From NCBI GenBank assembly GCA_964016885.1, contig OZ024742.1, positions 28,334,001-28,398,000 on the forward strand: 64,000 bases of DNA, written 5' to 3'. The stretch comes from Eledone cirrhosa (Eukaryota). Each line of letters opens with the position of its first letter. Position 1 is the stretch's first letter. Positions 55,603 through 64,000 of this stretch are shown in pieces. A model generated the notes under the pieces. That model ran no database searches. It was given only the letters and a program-made list of their open reading frames with translations, and was not told where the DNA came from. Both the position numbers and the translations under genes were made by a program.

Positions 55603-56091
55603 TACACACAAATATACATATATGTGTGCATATAGCTATAAATGTGAGTGTGTATGCTTACACACACATACACACATATCGTTTTTTTCATCTTTCCTTA
55701 TTACAGCTAACGAAGATACATGACTGGTTTGCATGTCTTTTCTGAAGTATCTGAATGTGGCCGGTGAGGCTTTTCCCACCAACAGCAAGTTCTCCTGACA
55801 GAGGTAACTATAGAGGAATTGCTCTAGAATGTTGCCTTTGATAAGTCCACAGTTAGTGAGATATATAGACATATAGATAACTAGCTATGTAAATATAGAG
55901 TTAAATTGACTTACTTTTAGACAGACAGATAGATAGATAGATGAATAAATATGAGAGAAAGATTGATAAGTAGGTAGGTAATTACACAGATAGATAGGTA
56001 GATAGACAGATACATACATAAATATCTCTGGATGTATATCTCCACTTCTGTTTTTGCATGTGTATACACACACATGCACAGACACACACAC

Positions 56092-56127
<36 letters not shown>

Positions 56128-56829
56128 TTAGTATATTATATATATATATGTGGATGTATATTCCTCCTCTGTGTGTGAATGTATATCACCCCCTTCTGTG
56201 TGTGCATGTGTATACATATGTGTATGTGTGTATAAAGTATCTGACTTTTGTTTTCTATCTTTAAGACTTCTGAACATATTTTTTACTGGTTTTTGACTTC
56301 TACAAGAAATAGAAGGAAAATAACTAACAAACCTAAACCCAATTGACTTCTTGCAGACACAGTTCCACTAAAGTTACTATTTCCTTTGACATTTCATGTG
56401 ACATTTTCTGATATTCGTACCATTTATTTTGCTTTGTTCACCCCCTAAACCTTTCCAATCTGCCTGTTGTACAATTATGTATTTCTTTACTGGGTACCAT
56501 ATGGAGACTATAGGATGTCTCAATGTTTGTTTGGATTTTTTATTGAAAGATCACAAATTCTTTCGTTCTGTATTGCTTCAACTCTAACATAAATAGCAAA
56601 GAGTGTATCTTCAAAACGAAAGCAACAACAGAAAATACACATCTGAAAAAAAAACGAAAATTTCCTATCAGTTTAGTAAATAAATCTTTAATTAGTTCCA
56701 TATTAATATTTGGTTTATGTGTAACTACATAAACATTCAAATATACACTGAAGATTAAAACTCCTGCATGCATTGGTCCTATCCATCTTTCTATATGCAT
56801 ACGAGTCATGAACTCTGAACACTGAACTG

Positions 56830-57201
56830 CATAGAAAAATCCAAATAGTGGAGATGAGATGCTATAGAAGAGACCTGGTAATTTCCTACACAGACCATAT
56901 CATGACCGAGGCACATGAGCCACTTTGAAGATGTGCTGATCACGGTGAAGAGGAGGAAGCCAATGTGGTATGGCGCATGTAACAAGATCAGATGGACTCT
57001 CCAAAACAATCTCCAAGGAACAGTGCAGGGAAAGAGAAGACTGGGCAGACAGAAGAAGCAGTGGACAGACAACATAACTGAGTGGATAGGAATGAACTTT
57101 TCCACAACCCATGACCGTCAGAGATGGAAGGTATTAGTTCAGCGTTCGACACTGCAATGTCTCAACAACCCCGAAAAGGTTTAAGGGACGATGATGATGA
57201 T
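56830..57201 (+). mobile_element. Old RTE LINE 3' fragment
   Basis: VKRRKPMWYG..LQGTVQGKRRLGRQKKQWTDNI..DRQRWK plus a (GAT)n tail. Confidence 0.8.
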
Positions 57202-57312
57202 GAATCCTCATCATTCATCAACCATGACGATGATGATGATGAATCCTCATCATTCATCAACCATGACGATGATGATGATGAATCCTCATCATTCATCAAC
57301 CATGATGATGAT
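57187..57312. repeat. 39-bp tandem repeat x3 seeded at the RTE tail
   Basis: Unit GACGATGATGATGATGAATCCTCATCATTCATCAACCAT. Confidence 0.9.
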
Positions 57313-57899
57313 GCTAGTATAGAATATGTAATAAAAGACCGATAATTTTGTTTCCTTTTATTTGTCATCATTTGCCCTTTGTATATTTCTATCGCATTGT
57401 ACTGACTTTTTGAAAATTATCGGTCTTTTATTACATATCTCACAATGCCTCGTATTAACTACAGTACTGTATACAATGTACCTTTTACATCCAGTTGGTT
57501 ATATAATGCATCTATTCTTTACAGAGATATTGTGTTTCTCATTCTTTTTCTCAATTGAATGTCAATATATTAGAAAAATGTTAAAGAGGTGTGATTGTAA
57601 ATAAAAATAGACAAATAATGACAAGAGGTAAAGAACAGCACTATAACCACATCACATACAAAATAAAATCTTTAATCTAATTTACTGCAAATGTTCACAA
57701 CAATCTGTCCACTAGTAAAGACACTATAAACATTTGAATTAACAAATCACATGAAACATCATTAGCAAGACATTCTTGAAAAGTACAAAATAGTACTTTG
57801 ACTGCATCACATTAAAAATTAGTCTCTAGTTAACTGCAAATATTTACAATGATTGGTCTACTAGTCAAGGTACTGTAAACATTTGAATTAACAAACACA

Positions 57900-58102
57900 T
57901 TTTTAGATATTTAAACCGGCTGTATCCAGCCAAAATTCTCTCACCGCTTTCTGTTCAGCCAGCTGTAACCAGCTGCTTATGCTGATGTTAAGGTATTGTT
58001 CTCAAAATAAATAATATTGAAATCTCATAGATTCGATATTATGTGTGGTAAAGCCTTTACCATAAAAATATACTAGTAAATATAAAGTAATGTAAAGGTT
58101 AA
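57900..58102. mobile_element. piggyBac-like MITE, second copy (inverted, diverged)
   Basis: Reverse-complement similarity to 13544-13775; ends AAAGGTTAA. Confidence 0.55.
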
Positions 58103-59457
58103 AACTCCAAGAAATCTATGTATCATTTGTTAAGATAAAAAAAATCTTTATGGTAGAGAAAGACACACATATAACTGTATATTATCTAATAGTAGCATTA
58201 CTAACATTTATAAAAAAAAAATATCTATCAGTAACACATATAACTGCAAAAACATTGAAGCCCAATAAATTGCCACACTACCCATCACATAACAGACTGA
58301 ATAGAATTTCTAACCTTACACACACTGCACATTACACTTAATGATCACAACATTAATGTCTCCCGTAACCCCACCCCCACCCCCTAAATGCAGGTTAATC
58401 AACCTTGAAACAAACTAGGTTATCTATAGTACACAAGTATATTCTAGATTCTATTATACTTAGTAAAGAAAAATAATACTATTTCTTTCTCTTCCATTAT
58501 TGAAGAAGAGTGTGCATCTAAAATGGAATAATTTAGCAATATAAACTCTTACTGTCCTGTACAAACTGAAACTGCAGTAGCAAGATATTCTTCAAAAGAA
58601 CAAAGCAGTACTATGGTTGTATCACATTACAAATTAGAATAGTTTACTGCAAATTTTTACAATGATCTGTCCACTAGTAAAGATACTGTAAATATTTGAA
58701 TCAACTTGTTATGAAACAATACTCCAAATATATAGCATTTGATATTATAGAATTCTGTCCTCATATAGCTAAACCCTTTTTCAAAACTGTAACTTTTGCC
58801 ATCAACATTGCACCAATTAGAGAGTTAGATAATGCATGGAAATCCATTTTGAATTCCACTAATTCATCCTGAGTAAGAATGTATCCATGGGACCTCATGA
58901 TCAGGCAAAATTATTAGAATTTATATTTTGTGTCGTTTGTCCAAAGAATTTATTACCTTGTGATGAGGTTTATACAGAGATGATGGTCATATAATTTCAT
59001 GCAACATGACATCATAAAATTATTAAGAATTACACTTGAAACAAACTTCAGCATAGTTAATTTCCTAGATATTATCTTAGATTTAAATACAATTATATGC
59101 ACACATACATAACCCTAGCTAGCAATAAAAACAGAAATTAAATGATGAATACCCTGATGATAGATACTATTTTATAGTCAGTGGGCAGTGCTCAAGATGG
59201 GGTACTGTTCCCCTATAAATAATTGAAGTTAATTAGTCTGGCTTCTGTTTGTTGATCTGCCTACATGTCTACCCCCTCTCTCTATCTATCTATATCTATT
59301 TTGTAAGTAAAAAAAGCTAGCCTAACAGACACGTATATATGTATATATATATAAGTATGCATGTGTGTGTGTATATGTGTATATGCGTGTGTATATTTAT
59401 ATATATATATATATACATATATATGTATATATATATATATATGTGTGTATATATATA

Positions 59458-59820
59458 TATGTTGGATGTGCAATGTCAATGTGCGTGAACGACCAAGCAT
59501 AGACGAGTTGAGAAAGAAACAGGGTATAAAAGGGATAAATTGTGGTGTGCAGGAGAGAAGACTGAGATGGTATAGACATGTGATGCGCATGGAGGATGAC
59601 CGGTGGGTAAAGAAGTGCCAAGAAATCCCAGTAGAAGGAAGACGCAGTAGAGGTAGACCAAAAATAACATGGGCGGAGGTGGTGAAAGCAGACCTCAGAT
59701 CGCTGAAACTCACGGTGGAGATGACGAAGGACCGTGACAAATGGAGAGATGTTGTGCTGCATAGGACCCATCCAACCCTTGCAAGCAGGGAAAAGCAGAC
59801 GTAAAATGATGATGATGATA
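59458..59820 (+). mobile_element. RTE-B LINE 3' end
   Basis: [30 protein letters not shown] plus (GAT)n. Confidence 0.9.
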
Positions 59821-59855
59821 TGCATATATAGATTTTAGATAGATTTTATCCTCAG

Positions 59856-62266
59856 ATAGATGTTATCCTCATCAGAGGATGTGACAGATGGACGGTCGTA
59901 AACACAAAAGCCTTCCCTAGTGAGGAATGTACCTCCCAACGTAGCTTAGTTGCCAGCGACCTCACACTCAGAACTAGACGAACCTGGAAACAGAGGCCAA
60001 CCTGGAGAAGAAAGATCTGGAAGCTGAAACACCACTCAGCCAGTAACAGATTTAAAGATATTTTACTCAACGCCTACGACAGTAAAGAAGAACAGATAGA
60101 GACATTCAATGTAGAAGAGCACTGGGAGTTCCTAAAAAGTAACTTACTAGAGGCGACGGATGAGGTCTGTGTCTGGAGTAAGACCACAAGCAGGAGGAGA
60201 GTGACTTGGTGGTGGAACAATAAGGTAGATGAGGCAGTTAAGACCAAGAGACAGGCATGGAAAGAATGGAAGAACGGGGGGAGCAGGGTACATTACATAG
60301 AGACCAAGAGGGAAGTTAGGCGACAAGTATACTAAGCTAGGAGGGAAGCAGAGGATAGGACATTCAAGCATGTTTTGCAACGTGAGGACCAGAAACAGGA
60401 GGTGTTCAAGATTGCGAGGCAGTGTGTCAGAGAGAATTGTGATGTCATTGGAGAGAAGTGTATCCGGAATGATAAAGATGAGCTTGCCCTCACAAGTGCT
60501 GAGAAGAAAGACGCATGGAAGAGTCATTATGATAGATTACTAAATGAGGAGAATGCATGGGAAGAAGAGACCCTACCTTAAGTAGACCCTATAGAGGGGC
60601 CAGCAGTACAAGTCAGCAGAAACGTAGTAAGTAAGGCAATCAAAGATCTGAAGATGGGGAAGGCAACCGGTCCATCGGGTATAGCTGCCGAGATGCTGAA
60701 GACATCTGGGTCTGTAGGTCACACTATAACCACATGTATTGTTAACCAGGTAATACTAGAAGTTGTCATACCAAAAGGTTTGCAGTAGCATCATTGTCAA
60801 CTGCTACAAAGGTAAAGGTGATGCACTAGATAGAGGAAACTATAGAGGTATGAAGTTGATGGACCAGGTCATGAAAGTAACAGAAAGAGTTATAGCACAG
60901 TTGATTAGGGACCGGGTGAAACTAGATGAGATGCAATTTGGGTTTGTACCAGGAAGAGGCACCACTGATGCCCTCTTCCTTGTGAGGCAGTTACAGGAAA
61001 AGTACCTAGCTAAAAGTAAGCCACTCTACCTGGCATTCGTCGATCTTGAGAAAGCCTATGACAGAGTTCCACGTGCTGTAATCTGGTGGGCTCTTAGAAA
61101 ACTAGGAGTAGATGAATGGCTTGTAAAAGCTGTACAAGCCATGTATAGGGGAGCTGTCAGCAAAGTTAGGATTAGCAATGAGTATAGCAAGGAATTTAGC
61201 GTACAGGTTGGGATCCACCAGGGCTCTGTTCATCATAGTCCTGCAGGCAATAACGGAGGAGTTGAAGACCGGACGCCCAAGGGAACTCCTGTATGCTGAT
61301 GACCTCGCACTTATAGCTGAATCTATGGTAGAACTAGAGAAGAAATTCCAAACTTGGAAGCAGGGACTAGAAAGAAAGGGTCTCAAAGTCAACATGACAA
61401 AGACTAAGGTCCTTGTAAGTAGACGAGAAAACAGAACCCAGATCCCCTCAGGGAAATGGCCTTGCTCAGTATGTAGGAAAGGTGTAGGTAGGAACTCCAT
61501 TCTCTGCCCCAAATGCAAACAATGGGTACGCAAGAGATGTAGCGGGATCTCAGGAAGCTTAATTAAGAATGTAGGCTTCACATGCAGCAGCTGTACTGGG
61601 ACAGCAAGCAGCAAACAGCCACAGGAAACAAGTACCACCAATCTCTGGGAGGGCTCTGTAGAGACAGTAGACAGCTTCTGCTACCTAGGTGACCGAATTA
61701 GCAGCGGAGGTGGGTGTTCAGAAAATACAATAACTAGGGTAAGAACGGGATGGAAGAAGTTCAGGGAACTACTACCACTGCTAGCTGCAAAAGGCTTCTC
61801 CCTCAAAATGAAATGCAGACTGTATGATGCGTATATCCGAACAGCAATGTTACATCGTAGTGAGACCTGGGCGCTGAAGGTGGGAGACTTACGTAGATTA
61901 GAGAGAAATGAAGCCTGCATGCTCCGATGGATGTGTAATAGTAATATACGCGAACGACAAAGCATAAATTAATTGAGAGAGAGACTGAGCATAAGAGGAA
62001 TCAAATGCTGTGTTCAGGAGAGGCGGTTGCATTGGTATGGACATGTGATGCGTATGAAGGATGACAGCTGCATAAAAAGGTGCAGAAGTCGATGGAAACC
62101 GTGGAGTGGGGAGACCCAAGATGACTTGGGATGAGGTGATAAAAGCCGACCTTATCCAATTACACCTCTCAAAGGCGATGACACACGACCGTGACCTCTG
62201 GCGTCACGCAGTAATACAGGGTACCCGACCTCCCATGGGTACAAGCTGAAGCATATAGACAATATG
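59856..62266 (+). mobile_element. RTE-A LINE, endonuclease end through RT and C-terminus, decayed
   Basis: ORF pieces 60375-60581, 60763-61299 and 61178-61972 nearly identical to 28940-31104; stops and frameshifts; 3' UTR cut by a PLE. Confidence 0.95.
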
Positions 62267-63278
62267 CCACCACACTTTCTCAGGGCCTTTCTACACTGGT
62301 TAGCTAATTTCCCTCCAGGGGTAGTGTCCACAAACATGACACTCTGGTATCTCTGGTTGTCATACCATGAGGTGGCTTTCCCTATCTTATGTCTAGCCCT
62401 ATCTAATCTATTCCATGATTTGCTCCTGTATAATGGGCAAATTCCTTTCATGTCCAGTTCTATGAGGGTCTTATACTTCTCCGTGGCTCCTTCGTATACT
62501 CTGACTCTGTCTCTTTGGTTGTAGCCAGAGAACTGCATGCGGTTGATGACGTGTTGGATGTGTCTTTCCATTTCTGTTGGGTCGCACATGCGGGACACAT
62601 TCTTCATCACTCGTACCAAATCTGCGATCAGAATATTAAACTTAGCACTACTGGACATTGCTGAGTTTTTGAGTATCAGGTATTTGGAGGCCATGGGTTT
62701 AGCATAGTGTGAGTGGAGAATTTTGGCTCTCTCGTCTATAGTATTAATCCAGAGTTCCGTGTCTAATACAGGTAGTCTATTGTTAGGGTGTTTGGAAGGG
62801 AAGTCTATAGTTACAGTTATACTCTGGTGTATGGAATTAGCTATCTGCTGGATGCTTTCCATTGTGCTACGTTCTAAATCAAACTTGTTAGTGCTCTCTA
62901 GTAGGGATGTTTTTATAACTATATTGATATCGTCTACGTAACGAGAGTACATGATGAGGTCTATGGAGCTCTCATTAAGGAGATCTTTAAGTCTCCTTTC
63001 CCACCATACCATAAAAAGGTTGGCAACGTCACCAGCTATGCTGACGCCAATGGCTGCTCCCCCATTTTGGTCAGTCAATGGCAACATTGAGGACCGAATA
63101 AATTAGATTACCGATATAAAAGACACAGAAGCGAAAAGCGAAAACCAACCAAACAGTGAGTGTGTTCTGTTATTAATTCTGGCAATATTACACAAATATG
63201 ACCCTCCCCAAGTATAACAATATTTGTTTCGACACACGATTTCATATCAAAAACCTCGCAAAACTAATTCATCGCCGT
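62267..63278 (-). mobile_element. Penelope-like element (Naiad-like) RT/thumb fragment plus inverted pLTR
   Basis: GAAIGVSIAGDVANLFMVWW, YSRYVDDI, DFPSKHP..LPVLD, YAKPM; homologous to 45913-47000; plus-strand pLTR ~63070-63278. Confidence 0.88.
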
Positions 63279-63317
63279 TATATATATATATATATATATA
63301 ATATACCTTATATAATA

Positions 63318-63733
63318 GACCTTACCCAATTACACCTCTCAAAGGCAATGACACACAACCGTGAGCTCTGGAATCACGCAGTAATACAGAAGGCCCGACC
63401 TATCACGGGTACAAGCCGAAGCTGAAGCATATAGACAATATGCCCCCACACCCTCCCACTGCAAAGTTGTCGTGGAGGTGCCATGGTAAAAAAGCATCCA
63501 GCCCACACTGTAAAGTGGACGTGTAGGTGCCACGGGAAAAAAGCACCCAGCACTCACTGTAAATGAGGTTGGTGTTAGGAAGGGTATCCAGCTGTAGAAA
63601 TCAAACCAGAATCAGTTCCTGTATGAGCACGACAAGGTCAGCCGACTGGACACTGCCCACAACAGGATAACCCGTCTAACCCATGCTAGGATGGAAGAAC
63701 CGACGTAAAACGGTGATGATGATGATGATGATG
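63318..63733 (+). mobile_element. RTE-A LINE 3' end
   Basis: DLTQLHLSKAMT.. plus UTR and (GAT)n tail. Confidence 0.9.
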
Positions 63734-63813
63734 AATATACATCCAGGCACACATGTGTATATAAACATAGATATATACACACACATTCAGGCACACCTGT
63801 ATATAAATGTGTG

Positions 63814-63858
<45 letters not shown>

Positions 63859-63881
63859 CATATATATGTGTGTGTATCTCA

Positions 63882-63915
<34 letters not shown>

Positions 63916-64000
63916 GTGTATATAAATAGGTAGGTAGAAAGATAATAAAGAGATAAATATATACTGTTCTTCATGGTGTTAGATTTCTTGACATTTTGTA

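Noticed and set aside
63190-63245. SECIS element in the Naiad-like pLTR (ATGA..AA..GA)
   Set aside because: No convincing helix between ATGA and GA, and no in-frame TGA in the ORF fragment.

Overview
This is AT-rich eukaryotic DNA made almost entirely of repeats. The SINE families, RTE LINEs and kilobase-long (TA)n tracts point to an octopod cephalopod; that is inferred from repeat content, not from a marker gene. No host protein-coding gene, rRNA, true tRNA gene or CRISPR array can be supported, and most ORF-track entries are microsatellite translations or antisense frames of transposons. Positions 1-17 kb hold SINEs, old LINE/PLE remnants, micro- and minisatellites and a weak 3-exon candidate. 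From about 17.4 to 56 kb, (TA)n arrays carry many insertions: several RTE LINEs, a CR1-type LINE, four Penelope-like elements (PLEs; Hydra-, Naiad- and Penelope/Poseidon-like, the last Naiad-like copy lying at 62-63 kb), a long-TIR foldback element, and a Rep-deleted Helitron. The Helitron contains a young RTE with an uninterrupted ~865-codon RT ORF ending in three C2H2 zinc fingers. The most striking hidden layer is non-coding: about ten type I hammerhead-ribozyme motifs in PLE pseudo-LTR pieces. One has a canonical GUC site and a ~95-nt branched stem II. Several are folded back into near-perfect DNA palindromes, and several share a conserved ACTCT(A/G)C..GTATTGAG(T/C)AC motif just before the (TA)n junction. 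All folds and alignments were done by eye.
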